Source of the DNA: the human T2T-CHM13v2.0 reference genome, Homo sapiens
Reading direction: 5' to 3' (one strand)
Length of the DNA: 64,000 nucleotides
NCBI RefSeq assembly: GCF_009914755.1
Contig: NC_060929.1
Positions 28,381 to 47,703 of the stretch are shown piece after piece. Made by a program: the position numbers and the translations under genes. The stretch's first letter is position 1, and the number at the start of each line of letters is the position of its first letter. Under the pieces are notes generated by a model. That model saw only the letters and a program-made list of their open reading frames with translations, was not told the origin of the DNA and ran no database searches.

Positions 28381-29209
28381 GGAGAGACCTGGCAGGTGGG
28401 ATATTAGTACCAGGGAAGTGAAAGGAGAAGGCGGAACTAAATAGCTGGAGAAGGAGATGGTTGTCTGCAGGAGCACTGGGGGGCCCTGGGGAGCCAACAG
28501 AGCTGCTTCACCCACAGTTCCATGTGGCTTCCAGGTGTGGGCCTATCAGGAGGGGGAAGTTGCTGACTGTACCTCCGTGTCAGGGCTGGGAGAGTGGGCG
28601 GTGTCCCTGCACTGCCTGGCCCCTGCTAGCTCTGCAGGCCTCATTCTAGCCCTTAGGTGGTCCTGGTGCATCCGCAGCCCTTTGCCTGACATCTTGTCCA
28701 CCTGCCGGCCCACCACTCTGCCTCCACTCCTTTGGGGGTGCTGAGCAAGGCCTAGTGTGGGCTGTGGTTGGCTGCAGGGGACTCCCATGGGTGGGTGGTT
28801 CTTCTTAAGGAGGGCTGGGGGTAGGGTCTGGCCCAATTTACTTCCTTATTTGTATGTTGGGTCACTCACAGGACAGGAGGATAGTGGGAAACCAATTGGT
28901 CTGCAGGCATGAACATCAGGGTTTGTGTGGAGGGATTGCCTGGCTTGGAGCCTCTCTTTTGGGTTTATTGGCCTTGGCACAGCCTGGCTGGCTGGCCTGC
29001 CTGGAAGAGCTGAAGCTGGAGCAATTTCTCTGGGAGGTGCATGTCCCAGGATGGCTGCTCTCAGCCTGGGCCAGAGACAGGCTCAGCTTTCCTGTTCATG
29101 ACCAAAAGCTCCAAACTGGCCTCCCTGGGTGGGGTGATGAGGAGTCCCAGTCTGCCCCAGAGCACCTGAGGGTAATGGGATCCCAGCAACAAACACACAG
29201 CCTGGCTGT

Positions 29210-29660
29210 GTAGCTCAGACAGCCCTGAGCCTGAATCCCCACTCCCCTGTGACCCAGCCCTGGAGCCTCTAATTAACCTCTCTAAACCTCAGCGTCTTCA
29301 TTTGTGAACTGGGGGGTAATAATAGAATCCACCTGTGAAGATTGAGCAAGCTAATGCGTGGCAAATGCTTAGTGCCACACCTGTCACCTACTAAGCCCTA
29401 AATCAGTGTTAGCTGTTCTTGTTCATCAGGTTACATGAGGCGTTGGCATTCAGTGGGAGATAAACCTAATCCGGGCTTCTTGGTGAGGCATAAAGAACAC
29501 AGCCTCTTGAGTCTCATGAGGCCTGGTTCAAATCCTGCCTCTACCGTCTGTGTGACCTTGGGGAAGTTACCACCTCTGGGGCTCCATGTCCTCCTCTGTA
29601 AAGTGAGCGTAAAAATATGACCTATCTCATAGGGTTATTGTGAAGATTAAATGAAACTGT
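29210..29660. mobile_element. Two MIR copies
   Basis: Cores aacctcagcgtcttcatttgtgaactgggg and ctgtgtgaccttggggaagttac...ctctgtaaagtg. Confidence 0.72.
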
Positions 29661-30789
29661 CTCAGTAAATATAAGTTTTGTTGTTATTAATAGTATTATT
29701 CACATTCAAAGGAACTTTTTTTTTTTTTTTTTTGAGCCTGCTTCTCCAGCCCAACATGCCCTGGCCCAGTGTCCAGCTACGTGGGGGGTGTGTGGGGGCA
29801 AACCCTTTCAGTGTTTGGCATGAGAGGTGAGGATCCCCTGAGGCCAAAAAATTCACCCACAGTTTCCCTGGGATCAGCATGTATCCATGTATCCTCTCGC
29901 CCCCAACTCCAAACTGCCCAGGGAAGCCTTGAGTCTCAAGGCACAACCAGAAGCTGGTGTAATTTGCATTCAGGTCCTTGCAGGTCCAGGAGGGAAACGA
30001 TATTTTTTTGCCCCAAATAGGAAATTAGTGGCAGGAGAGGCCAGCTTGGCAGAGAGCTTGTGCCACGTTGTCTGCCAGTTGGATTCAGAGGCATTCTCAC
30101 TGGCAGCTAGAGCTCTGGTCTCACCCAAGAAATAAACCTGCGTGTCCCCCCCCCACCCCAGGGTGAATGCAGTGCTGCCTTCGGCCTTTGGGCACCCCTG
30201 GGAGTGACTACCCTGAGAGGCGCCAGCTTCTTCCTGTTACAGCCCAGGAAAGTGCACCAGGCCTCTGTTTTCCACCAGCAATAAGACTTTGTCTTGTGTG
30301 ATCTCAAAGGCCTTGGAACAGGCCAGGGCCTCATCAGTAGGTGAGGAACAGTGACTCGGTGTCTGAGGTCCTGCCCCAGCCCACCTTCTACCCAAGTGAA
30401 TCGGAGCATGCTCCCCAGTGGCTTCTGGTGTGCTTTGAATCAAACCCTCCCTCTTCACCAAGGAGATCTGGGTCTGGCCTCACCCTGACCCACTGTCTTC
30501 CTTCTCCCCTGGACTCCGGCTCCCCGAGCCTGCCTTTTATTCCTTGAATGTGCCCATGATTGGTTCTGAGTCAGGGGCTTTGTGTAGCAGTTTCTACTCC
30601 CTGGAAGCCTCCCCACACACACTGTCCTGCCTCCCTTCCTCACTTCCTTCAGGTCTCTGTTTCTTCCCAGAGAGGCTTTCCTTGATTTCCCTCTGCAAGA
30701 ATGGCCTCACCAATCGCTCTTTTCTATCACCCCGTTTCCTTTACAGGTCTTATCACAAAAGGTGCAGAGTGAGGGGATTGAGAGGAAGG

Positions 30790-31010
30790 CCTTAGACCTA
30801 GACACACCTGGGGTGGCTGTTCTTGATCTCCCCGTTCACTGGCTGTGTGACCTTGGACAAGCTACTTACTCCCTCTGTGCCTCATACATAAAGTGGAGAT
30901 AATAACAGGACTTTCCCTTAAAGGACTAGGTGAGTTAATCCATGTGAAATGCTGAGAATCATGCTTGCTGCAGAGTCAGTGCTCAGGAAATAAGAGCTAT
31001 TATTATCACA
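30790..31010. mobile_element. MIR
   Basis: ggctgtgtgaccttggacaagctacttactccctctgtgcctca. Confidence 0.75.
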
Positions 31011-33878
31011 GTCTATACTTCGTTACTGGTATTGCAGCTGCTGGACTATAAATTCTAGGAGGAACCACATCTAACCGGTTTATTGCTGTACTCCAGGATA
31101 TCAAGGGTGCTCAGTAAATGCTCACTGAATAAACCAATGGTGCCAAGGTGATCACAGTGAATAGCAGAGCCTGGCCTTAGGTGCAGAGAGGCTTGTTCTG
31201 GGGCTTGAACTTTGTTCATTCCACACTGACAGCCCTGGGTCAAAACATTTCAAATTATTTTGACTCAAATACTCTGGTTCAATTTTATGCTTTCCCTCAG
31301 AAAAATGATTTATAAAACAAAAGGGTGTCCCTCCTTCCCACTCAGGCTTGGCACCGAGCTCTGCTGTAGCAGGAGCGTCTTGGTCACAGTGGTGGAGGTG
31401 AAATGGGGCAGGGGGCAGAAGTCAGCCTGGCCTTCCCTTGCCCTTCACAAAGGCTATCTGCCATAAAAGGCTATCCGCCCCGGTGTGCAGGGTGGGGAGT
31501 GCTGGGGACTGTTGGCTCTGCCTTCTGGTGCTCGGATTCCCATGGGGGTCTGCACAATGGCCTGGACTTTGCCCCTGGTGTCCACTGCAGCCCAGCCTGG
31601 TCCTTTGGCCCTGGGAGATGAGTAGAGAGGGGCCTTTGGGGCAAGGATGGCAAGTGCTTTGGAAGATGGGCCCGTGTCCAGTTTTCCTGAGGGGCGAATG
31701 GGAGAAGGGGCTGGCAGTGTGGCCCTCAGGGTGTGCCTGGCCCACTGAGCGGGAGAACACTCGGAGGTGTTGGCGTCTGCCTCCTGAGCAGCAGGGAGAC
31801 AGGTGGCTGAGCCCACTTTGCTTACCTCATCTTGGACACTTCATGTGACCTCTGAGAGCCTCAGTCTTGTGTGGAAATAGACATTTGTCTTATTATCTCC
31901 TCTCCCCTCTGCATCTGCCATACTTTTAGGCCTGCGGCAGCACCAGGACTTAGAATTCCACAGTTCGGAAACCATCTAGGCAGGTGAACTGGAGTCTCCC
32001 CTCTTGGTGGCACCCCTGCCCGTCACGAGTGGCACTCAAGCCCCACATAGGTGTGGGAGCTGCACCCCTTTTCTTGTCCCCTCTGGGAAGGGACACTCCG
32101 CAATACTCTGCCCCTTCCTAAGAATTCCCTTTTCATAACGTAAGTGTTAAAAAGGCTGGAGAGTGTCTCCTCCAGCCTCTCTTCTACAGGCAGGAGGGGT
32201 GACAGGGTGGCTAGATGAAGGGCCCACTTGGCCACATCTTAGTAAGTTCTGCTCAGGTTGCCTAGGTGCTCTTTTTAGAGTGGGACTTTCCTCCCAGTGT
32301 CCTGAGTTTTGGGATTCAATCCAAATTCCAAATCAGGAAAATCCCATCTACCATCATTGACTGCTTCGTCAGGAGATCAGCCTGGCCAAGTAACAATTTA
32401 TTGGAGGGGAGGGGCTTGCCCCTCTCCCACTTCCTCGCTCCCCTTCTATCTTCTCCCCCTCTTCCTATCTCCCCACTTGGCTGAAGTGTCAGAGCATGCA
32501 ACTACTAGAACACCGCATTCACTCCACAAACATGTACTCACTACCTGCTGTGAACAAGACTCCCATTTCTGCCTTCTTTAGCTTGAGGTCCACTGGCAGA
32601 GGGTTTGGGGAGAGCTGCGTTAGGAGCCCAGGGGAGTGGCGCTCAGGCCCTCACCCTTCCCTGTCTCTTCTCCCCCACTCTGAACTCAGTGTCCATAAGA
32701 CTTAGGGGCTGCTGGCCCACGTCCAAGCCTCCTCATTACTAATGGGACTGCAGCTTCATTTGTTTGATTTATGTTTAATATTCTACTGGTTTATACCTTT
32801 TCTCAGCAGCTTAATAATGATCCACAAACCTGTCTCTCTGGACTTAGATTTGGAAGGCCTGTGTCTCTGGGGGCCATTTTGATTTTACAAAATTTTTAAA
32901 GTAACCAGGGGTCTAAACCCTATCCTGGCTCAACATATTCACATCTGTTCCCTGACACTCAGCCCCATCGGGAGCCAGTGCCCAGCACACTCTCCCCCAA
33001 CATTTTATGATTCCCTTGTATGTTCACGGGCAGGCTGAGATGGGGACCATGGTGGTATCTCAGTTGTGTTCTTTCTCCTTGCTCCAGGTCCTGTCTGCTG
33101 GGCACTGTCAGGTCCCATGGGCCCTGCTGACTCTGGCTCCTGTTCTGAAGGGCACTGTCATCTCTCCCTGGAGCCACTTTCTAGAGTACTTCAGGTTTAC
33201 CCATGTGGCCCTGAGCTCATGCAGAAGTAGAAAGGTACCTCTTCCTTATTTGTGTTTGACTCAGCTGTGCGGTCCTGTAGTCAGGTGTTTGGGGTCCTTT
33301 AGCACTGCAGTGTTTGCATGAGAGAGGCTCTCAGGTTTCAATTTCTAGCTCTCTTCTTTCTTGCACCCAGGTTGAATCACCAGGGACAGAGCTGGCCATG
33401 CCTCCTCTCTTACTGCCAGGTTTGTCTCTGGGTCCAGTTCATCGTGCCTGGCCCTTTTTGTCTCAGGACAAGTCCTCTCCTGGGAGAGGCCTCAGTGTCT
33501 CAGCAGGTGGATACCTGGGGGCTGTCATTCCAGGCTGTGAAGCCTGCCATTCATGAGCCCAGCCAGGGTCACCCTGAAACATCTCTCCATATGCTTTAGG
33601 CTTTAGGGGGTTGTTTAGGGATGATATTTTTCTCTGAAGAATGTTGAGGGGCCTGTAAGATGAAGGCTGCATGTATGGGTGGGGACAGGTAAGGGAAGAT
33701 GGAGCTGCCCATGGGTGGGTAGGTGATTCTGGTTTAGCGGACCCCAGATTTCTTAGAGAAATGCCTAATGCTAATTGTCCTATGGTCACTGGTGTTCCTT
33801 AGAGGGGCCTCAAGACTGTGTCTGGGAGAGTGCTGGGATGTACGTCCCTGAGGATACGGATAAGTGGCCCTGAGCTAT

Positions 33879-34464
33879 TGTATTAGGATTCTCCAGAAAG
33901 ACAGAACCAGTAGGAGATAAGGAAGGGAGAGAGAGAGAAAGAGAAAGAAGAAAGAAATGTGGGAGGGAATTTATTAGGGGGATTGGCTCACATGATTATG
34001 GAGGCTGAGAAGTCCCACTCCAGGCTGTCTGCAAGCTGGAGACTCTGGAATGCTGGTAGCATGGCTCAGTCCGAATCTGAAAACCTCAGACCAGGGGAGC
34101 TGATGGTGCAACTCTCAGCCTGAGGTCCAAGGCCTGAGAAACTGGCAGGCCACTGGTGCAAGTTCCAGAGTCAGAAGACCGGAGAGACTGGAGTTCTGAT
34201 GTCGAAGGGCAGGAGAAGACAGATGTCCCAGTTCCAGTGGGGAAAGAGGGTGAGCTCCTCTTTCCTCTGCCTTTTTGTTCTCTCCAGGCCCTCAGTCATT
34301 TGGATGGTGCCTGCCCACATTGGGTGAGGGCGGATCTTCCTTATTGGGTCCATTGATTCAAATGCCAATCTCTTACGGAAACATCCTCACATACCCAGAA
34401 ATAATGCTTTACCATCTGACTATCCCTTAATCAGTCAAGCAGATACCTAAAATCAACCATCACA
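33879..34464 (-). mobile_element. MLT2B-family ERVL solo LTR
   Basis: Reverse strand begins tgtgatggttgattttagg and ends ctaataca; ggaggctgagaagtccca and caaatgccaatctctt blocks. Confidence 0.85.
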
Positions 34465-35756
34465 GGCATCCAGTCTCACTCAAGGGAGTTATAAATGAAG
34501 GGTTGGTGACAAGGGTCAGTCTTGGGCCACTGGGGACTGACTTAAGACAGGCTGTCTTAGGGAGAGCATGTGCTGCCTCTGAGAAAGGCTGCTTGACCTA
34601 TGACATTAAGACCCTGATCTTGTCCTTGTTCATTGTTTATTTATACAATAAGTTTTTACCGAAGGTGAATGATGAGCAAAATAGATGCTATGGCTCCTGG
34701 ACTCTACTGGGGACAGACACTTAATAACCACACATATGAAAGCATTGCTGTAAACTGACAAGTGCTGTGAGGAAAATGTACATGGGCAGGGAGTCTTGCA
34801 CCATGGGAAGGCATGTTTAAGCTGAGAACCTGAAAGATGACCTTGAGTTAATTGAGCAAGAAGGGTGGGGTGCGTGTGTGGGTAACGACGAGAAAGAACA
34901 CACACATCCAGGCCTCAGACTCAGCCAAGAGGACTTGGGGCTTCCTTTGGGCAACAGGAATGATGAGGGGAACAGTTTCCTTATGCAGTGTGACCCTGTT
35001 CACTCCCACTCACCCTTTTGGGTGGGCTGTGGCTTCTCTGGAAATGATGCCCAGTGTTTTGCTTATGGGAAAAATCATTAGTGTTCAGAAGAAGTTTCTT
35101 GGCCGGCTGAAGATATCCTTTTTGCTTTGCTTTATTCATCGTTATGAATTGCAATCAAAGACATTTTAATGGGGAAACTGCTATAAAATGGGAGAGAAAA
35201 CATTTCTTTGGATATTAGTTTTGTTTTAGTAAATTACAAAGTAGTGATTTAACTTGCCATCTTCAGGATTATTTCTGCCTCTCAGTGGGGTAATATAATC
35301 AGCGAGATCTACTACAGCCCTCATTTTCTAGAGAACACAGATAAATAATCTCCCAATATTCTCTTGAGCAAATTAAATTACCTGTGACATTTGATATCCC
35401 CCATACAGAACCAAGGGATGTCACTTGGAGCGTGAGGGTGTTTGTGGAGGATGCTAGAGATTCATGGGAATTCTGCAGCAAAGGAGACAGTGGATTAAAG
35501 ATGGAAATTGGATCCCAATGGAGAATCACTTGAAAAGGATCCCTGCATGTGTAAATATATGCAGGAGTTTCCCAATGGCATTGCTGCACCAAGGCTGGGA
35601 GTCAAATTTAGCTATGTCCGCAGTCACATGGGAGTCCAGAGAAATGGAAGGAGGCTGGAGCACAGCCAGCCCTCTCATGATGCAGGCTATTTGCGCATCA
35701 CGAGCTTTCCAGCTGACATTTTAGTAAATGTGCTGCCATAGTGACCACATGGCTGT

Positions 35757-36057
35757 TTATTTTTTTTTAATTTTTTTGAGACGGAGTCTCGCTCTGTTGC
35801 CCAGGCTGGAGTGCAATGGTGAGATCTTGGCTCACTGCAACCTCCGCCTCCTGGGTTCAAGTGATTCTCCTGCTCAGCCTCCTGAGTAGCTAGGATTACA
35901 GGCGCCTGCCACCATGCCTGGCTAATTTTTTTTTATTAGTAGAGATGGTGTTTCACCACATTAGCCAGGCTGGTCTTGAACTCCTGACCTCAGATGATCT
36001 GCCCGCCTCGGCCTCCCAAAGTGCTGGGATTACAGGCATGAGCCACCATGCCTGGCC
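35757..36057 (-). mobile_element. AluS
   Basis: Dimer flanked by ccacatggct(g/a)ttta. Confidence 0.92.
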
Positions 36058-37433
36058 CCACATGGCTATTTAATACACATTTTCTGAGTCTCTACTATGT
36101 GCCTGTTGGACACTGCTGGGGTAATAGTTTCCACATCTGTCCTCTGCAGAGCTCAGAGTGTGGAAGAGCAGTGAGACTTGAGTACCACCAAATATGTTGT
36201 TCATAGGACAGAATGTGGGCCAGCGATCATTCTGCCTGGGGCTCTCAGGGAATGCTTCACTGAGCTAAGGGTCTGGCTGAGCCTTGAAGGCTGTAAGAAC
36301 TATTCCAAGCAGAGAAGGGAAGGGAAGGAAGGACAGTCCAGGCAGAAGGGACATCATGGGCAAGGGTGCAGAGGTGTGAAGTCCTGCTGTTGTTGAAGGC
36401 AGTGGGCAGGTGCAGTTTCCAGAGGGTGCTCTTTGAGGGGGAGAGAGTGGGAGGAGGGTGGGACCCAATGGTGAGGGGTCTTGAATGATAACTCAGACTG
36501 GGCTCCTCCTCATGGGCCTGTCTTCAGGATGGAATAGTTTTTGGGATTTTGGAGGAACCCATCTGAGACCCATTTCTTCAGCCTAATTCCATATCTAGAG
36601 GGGCTGCCTGTGGGAAAGAGAGAGAGGAAATGGGCACAGAGTGGGCAGTGGGCAACCTGGGACCTCATCTACTGCATCACTTTTACTGATACCCTATGTG
36701 TCTTTGGGTAAATCACTCAGCCCCTTTGAGCCTCAGTTTTCTCATCCCTAGAATGTGACAGTAACCCGCCTCTTCCCTGCCTGTTGGCTGCTGTGAGAGT
36801 CCGATGAAGTCACAGGAGCCCCAGGTACACAGAATGAGGCAGTCTCTGTCCCAGGGATAGGTATCTCTGTGTTTTCCCTGCCTTCTCTGCTGGTCCTGGG
36901 GAAGAAAAGGTTTGCCTGAGAGAGGAGCTCCACCTGAGCAGTGGTGAAGCTAGTGAAGAGGCAGGCTGGCTGGGTGGTGTCCTGGAGCCTCACTGCTGAG
37001 AGGAGCTAACACTGCCTGGATCGTGTGAGAAGTGGAAGAAGACTGCGGTGACAGAACAGCTCTCTCTGCAAGTGGCTGGAACAGATGAACTTGAGGGGCT
37101 TCTAGGGAGGGGGATAGCCTTCTGAGGGGCAAAGTTCAGTACACAGAGGGTGACTAGAATGGTTGGAGGAGGCCAGCCTGGCAACCATGGGGCCTGGGCT
37201 TTGCTGAGAGGGGTGTGCAAATTTGGGGCTAGGCCTTATTTGCTCAGGACAGTGGAGGTCCTGTGAGTCATCTTCAGTACCCTTTGCTTTCTGTCCTTGC
37301 CATGGTGCTTGGCTGTTCTTCTGAGTAGCTGCTAAGCAAATAGTTAGCAAATGTCAATTCGAAAAGGTCCCACATGGTTAGGGTGGCCTCATGTCTTGGT
37401 CTGGACTTAAAATAATGGTGGTAGGGTCTAGAA

Positions 37434-37735
37434 CCGCACTGGCCAGTGTGGTAGCCACTAGCCACATGTGGCTATTGAGCATGTGGAATGTGCCTGGACT
37501 GAATTAAGATATGCTGTAAGCATAAAGATACACACTGGATTTTGATGACTTTGTACAAAAAATATAAGCTGAGTACATGGTGAAATAATATTTTAGATAT
37601 ATTGGGTTGAGTGAAATGAAATATATATAAAATATAGTATTATAATTTCACCTGTTTCTTTTTACTTTTTAACATGGCTACTAGAAAATTTAAAATTAAA
37701 TGTGATTTGCACTATATTTCAATTGGACAGTGCTG
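37434..37735 (-). mobile_element. MER33 hAT-Charlie MITE
   Basis: ggtagccactagccacatgtggctattgagca...attggacagtgctg; 8-bp TSD gtctagaa (37426-37433) / gtctagag (37736-37743), the typical NTCTAGAN target. Confidence 0.88.
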
Positions 37736-38129
37736 GTCTAGAGGCTGAAGGGAGGAAGCATTGTAGATGAAGAGCTCTTTGCATCTCCAAAGAGGACTTT
37801 CTCCTGCCTAGACTGGCCACTTGAGTGGCAGCTGCTCTGGGAAGCTGCGCATTCAGTTAATAGCAGCCCCACATGGGTGGTTGTTCCCCTCTTCTGCTTT
37901 CTGAGCCTTCTGGGAAACTGTCTCTGGGCCAGGCAGTGATGGGGCTGGGATAACCAGAAAGTGTTGAGGATCCCAGACAGAGAACATATTCAGGCCTACA
38001 GAGGAGGTTACTGCATGGCCATTATTCATAAAGGCTCCTATTCATTAGACAGAGGTCTCTCTGGATGGGGAGCAGCTCATATTCATTCCTATAGCCACAA
38101 AACCTGGCACAGATCCTTCATACAGTAGG

Positions 38130-38440
38130 CTGACTGGATGGATAGGTGGATGGTGGCAGGATGGTTTTTTAAGGACACAAATGAAACATAGAGACTAAAG
38201 ACAGTGCAGCTGGATGAATGGTGGCTGGATAAGGCTCAGAGAGATGGACAGTTGGGTGGCTGGGTGAAAAGATGAATGAATGAAGGGGTAGATGGAGATA
38301 GAGGGTGTTGAATCTGGGGGTGGATAGATGAAAGGGAGATGGATGGATGGATGGATAAATAGATGGAATGGGTAAAAGGAAGATGGATGATTAGGCAGCT
38401 AGATAATTGAATGGTGGGTTGATGGAGGATGGAAAAAGAA
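38130..38440. repeat. Degenerate (TGGA)n-like simple repeat next to an L2 3' end
   Basis: Many ggatggat/gatgaatg units after aaacctggcacaga...cagtaggct. Confidence 0.7.
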
Positions 38441-41400
38441 TGAAGGGGCTCATCCCAACACAAGCAAGCATTGGTCAAGGTTTGTTGTGGACATTTTACC
38501 TCTTCTGCCCAGTGTGCAGCACCTTTCCCTAACTCTTTTTGTTTTGCTCAGACATGTCTGGAGCTTCTCCAGGCTTTCATTGGATTCTCTGGAGAGTTCT
38601 CATTGCTATGGCTGTGCTAGTCAAGTCTCTCTCCCTAATTAGAACTGTTAGCTTCCTGGTGGGCCACCTCTGTCATTTTGAGGGTTGGAGAGCAGGTTGG
38701 CAGGCTGGGACATGTGTATGAGGGTGCAGATGATGTGTTTGTTAGACTGTCTGGGAAATTCTTTATGACAATCATTGTTTTATACAAACATCATAGGATT
38801 CTCCAAATAATCAAGGAGTCAAGAGTGTGAGAGAGGAAGAGAGAATAGAAAGAGACCCGAAGGATTCTGAATGAATAGGATAGGGGAGAGAAGATAGAGA
38901 TTTCTTTTTACAACCCTATTCCTGATGCTTGTCGGAGTATAATAACTGCCTTCACATGTACAGACATGACTATGACCTTCCAGAAAGTCCTTTCTCTGTA
39001 GCCCATTCTCCTTTTTCATGTCCTAGAAGGCCACATGGAAAGCCTGAGTCTCAGAACAAAGTACTGCCTTGGTATTTCTGGATTTGAGTGGTTTCTCTGG
39101 AGGTGGCAGGAGTGGGTGCTGAATGGGAAGCTCGTAGCCTCTCTAGTGACAGGGATCCTAACAGTACAGAGGAGAGAGTAGTCATTCATTGTCAGCTAGT
39201 GAGGCTGCATCACTGCCCAGGACAGTGGGTGGGGGCGCCTGAATTTTCTGCATCCGCAAAGGCTTTAATCTTTGTGATCAGCAGTCAACTCATCACCATT
39301 AATTGAATTACATTTCGAACAAGCTTCCTGGAGAGGTTCCACTGCAAATGGTGCAGAAGGACGGCTGGAGCCCTTCTGCACACCACAGCTTGTTCTGCAT
39401 GCTGGGGAGTAGTCTGAATGTGTAGTTGCCGGCAGTACTTTTCTCAGGAGATGTCCAAACCTTCCTCTAGCTCCCTTTCCTCTTATTTTTAAGATTAAAA
39501 ACCACCAAATATCATCCTCAATACCCTAAGTAGCAAATAAATCACTTTCCCTACTGTATAATTGAAAGAAAACTGGACCTCCTTTTATTAATACAATCTC
39601 AGTACAATTATGCATCTAAAGGAAATGCACAAGGCCCTAGAAGCCTTGTGAGGGTCATGAACAGAGTTGCTGAAGGTTTCCTTAGGGGGGTTGCCAATGG
39701 GGAGTTATTTGGCAAATTTCCTAAATGTTCTCTCTTACCCGTTTATTTCCCTGATGCCTGGATTTTCTAGCAACTGCTGAGCTCTCTGCTTTCTCTTCAA
39801 AATGCTCAATCTCTGGGCTGGCTTTCTTCTCTCTGGCTCTGGCCAAGACCATTTAAACAACTTCCAGCTCCAAACTTTTGTTTTCCTTCCAGCAAAGGCA
39901 AGCCCATCCTTCTGCAGATGATTTAGACTCTGGCTCATTCCTGTTCTCTTCTGGTTTCTCACCCTGATCAGTATGATGAAGGGAGCCCGCCAAGCAGTTT
40001 TGGCCAAACGTGCCTGGGGTAATTCTAGCTTTTGGATGTGCAGACTGAGCTATGAGTGGCAGCCTCTGAAAGATGAAGGCTGAGGTGGAGAGAAGTCAGG
40101 GATGCTGAATGAGGTGCCCTCAGAGTGCTCCTGCCATCCTGAGATTTCACCTTTAGAAATGTGTTAGAAAATTGTCCTTGAGTAACAGAAGCCCACTTAT
40201 ACTAGTTCATGGCAAAAATTATTATAAAGACATAGGAGTTGATTTCAGAGCCTGAGACCAGGAAGGAAGCTGGAGCTCGGGAATGGGCGGAGACTAGAAC
40301 CTGGAAAGTTGTCAATTTCCTCACTTCCTCCCTTGCTCCCTCCCTCTCCTCCCTTCGATTCTTCTCTCTCCCTCCCCCCTTCCACTTCCTCTCTTCTCTC
40401 TCCTCCCCTCTTTTTTCTCTGTAGACCAGCTTTCTCTGGCCATAACGGGGAAGATGGCCACCCCCACACTCTTTGAGCTTTGCTTGGCTCTCAGTTCCAG
40501 TCCCACGAGGAAGTTAATAACTGAGTCTACCTGGAGAAGATTCTCACTGACCCACCTTGGGGCAGGTAATCTTCGCAGGTAATAGGTCCTGTCACCTCTG
40601 GCCAGGGAGATGTGCTTCTGAGGTGCACACATGGCTGCCGTGACCCACACTTGTGGTGTGGGAAGGCAGTTTTCAGGACAATGGGATGACCCATGGGCTG
40701 GGTGAGTCATCCCTTTAAGGTGTTTCCCGCAGGAGGCACTTATGTGACAAATCCATCACCCAAGTGGGGGAAATGCTTATGGGGCTCCTGTTGCTATTAA
40801 TGTGGCTAATCAGACGACATAGGATTTTGCACTATTGTCTGAGCAGTTTTCCATGTTATTACAAACATTTTATAATAGAGACTTTAAGTGACTTTATTAC
40901 AAATTACTTAATAAGAATCTCATTGTGGGACAGGTTTTAATTTTGTTTCTACTATTGCAGGTAAAACAACAGTAGTCATCCTTATGCATAGGCCTCTATC
41001 TAGGTTTTGGATTATTTTCTTTGAAATAGATTGCCAGAGGTGGAATTATAGGTTAGAGTTTTTATTTGCAAATGAGAGAATCCACTTTCTCTAGACCTTG
41101 ATGTTTAAGGAGAAAGGAGTCTTTATAGAAGATACTTAGCCACTTTGGGGGATGGGTGCAAAGAACCAGGTTGGGATATGACAGCAAGGAATGATGTTGC
41201 TAGGATCAGTGCTCTGCCCCATTATGGGACTTTCCAGTGAAATATCGGTGCTGCTGCGGCCTGCTGACTGGCACAAATGACCCCAGGGCTGGTCTTCAGA
41301 AGCTCTGCCATAGATTCTCTAAAAGGACCAGTTTTCTCCAACAGCATACTACTAGAAGACTGAGCTGCTTGCACATGGCTGTCAATTCATCTCCCCTTCC

Positions 41401-41757
41401 ATCCATATGGTTGGGTCTGATTGGCAGAACCCGGGACACATGTCCTCAGTGTAGAGTGAGGATGTCTGATAAGTGGGCTTTGGCTTTGTAGTACAGGAAG
41501 GTAGGACACATGAGACTGCCAAAATATCAAGCGGTTATTAAAAAGATGCCAGTTGTCTATGAATGGTAGATACCTACTATGTGTTCAGATGTAAGTTTAG
41601 AGGAAAAACTATACAGGCTGGAGCAATGGCTCAGTGATATTGTTAAAAGCTCAGGTGCTTTCTCTCTTCCAATGTGTTGACAGAGTGTCCAAGGAGGAAA
41701 GGAAGGTATGGGAGCAAAGGGGATTTATTCTTAAGAGCTCTCCCTTTCCAGGAATCA

Positions 41758-42175
<418 letters not shown>

Positions 42176-42252
42176 TCAAGTACCCACTCCTAGACCTATC
42201 TCTGGCAAAGATAACGGGACTACCCTGGTTGCATCAAGGCTGGGGACATTGC

Positions 42253-42517
42253 CACCCAGGCTGGAGTGCAGTGGTGTGATCATAGGTCATTGCAACCTCA
42301 AACTCCTGGCCTCAAGTGATCCTCCTGACTTAGCCTCCTTAGTAGCTGGGACTACAGGCACATGCCATCATGCCTGGCTATTTCCATTTTCTATTTTTAT
42401 AGAGATGAGTTCTCCCTATGTTGCCTAGGCTTGTCTCTGACATTTGGCCTCAAGTGATCCTCCCGCCTTGGCCTCCCAAAGTGTTGGGATTACAGGTATA
42501 AGCCACTGTGCCTAGCC
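42253..42517 (-). mobile_element. AluJ
   Basis: Diverged reverse-complement dimer lacking its tail. Confidence 0.85.
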
Positions 42518-42873
42518 TCAGCTGCTAGGTTCTGTTAGCAGGAACGAGCAGCTCTTGGGAAAGTAATAGTATCTGCCACAAGGGGTATTAACTTTTTTTG
42601 TATGAACGTTTTAAGACTCTTGATGCATATTGCCAAATTATCTTCAAAGTGGTTGTACCAACTCAAATTCTTATGAACAGCATATGGGTCTATATGTTTT
42701 ACCACATCCTTGCCAGCTAGTTTCACATATTTATTTATAACCATAGTACTGAACTCTATTCTTAGTAATTCTGATAGTTTTTTAGATTAAATGACCTTGA
42801 ATTTTATAGAAATACAATCTTATGAATGAATAAGTAGAAATGATTTTAGTCTCATTTTTAATGGTTACATTTT

Positions 42874-47302
<4,429 letters not shown>

Positions 47303-47386
47303 AATGGTTACATTTTTAAGTATTATTTTTATCTTATATGTATTGATGAGGCCTTTCTGAACAGTGTTAGATAATGGTGGTGATGA

Positions 47387-47703
<317 letters not shown>

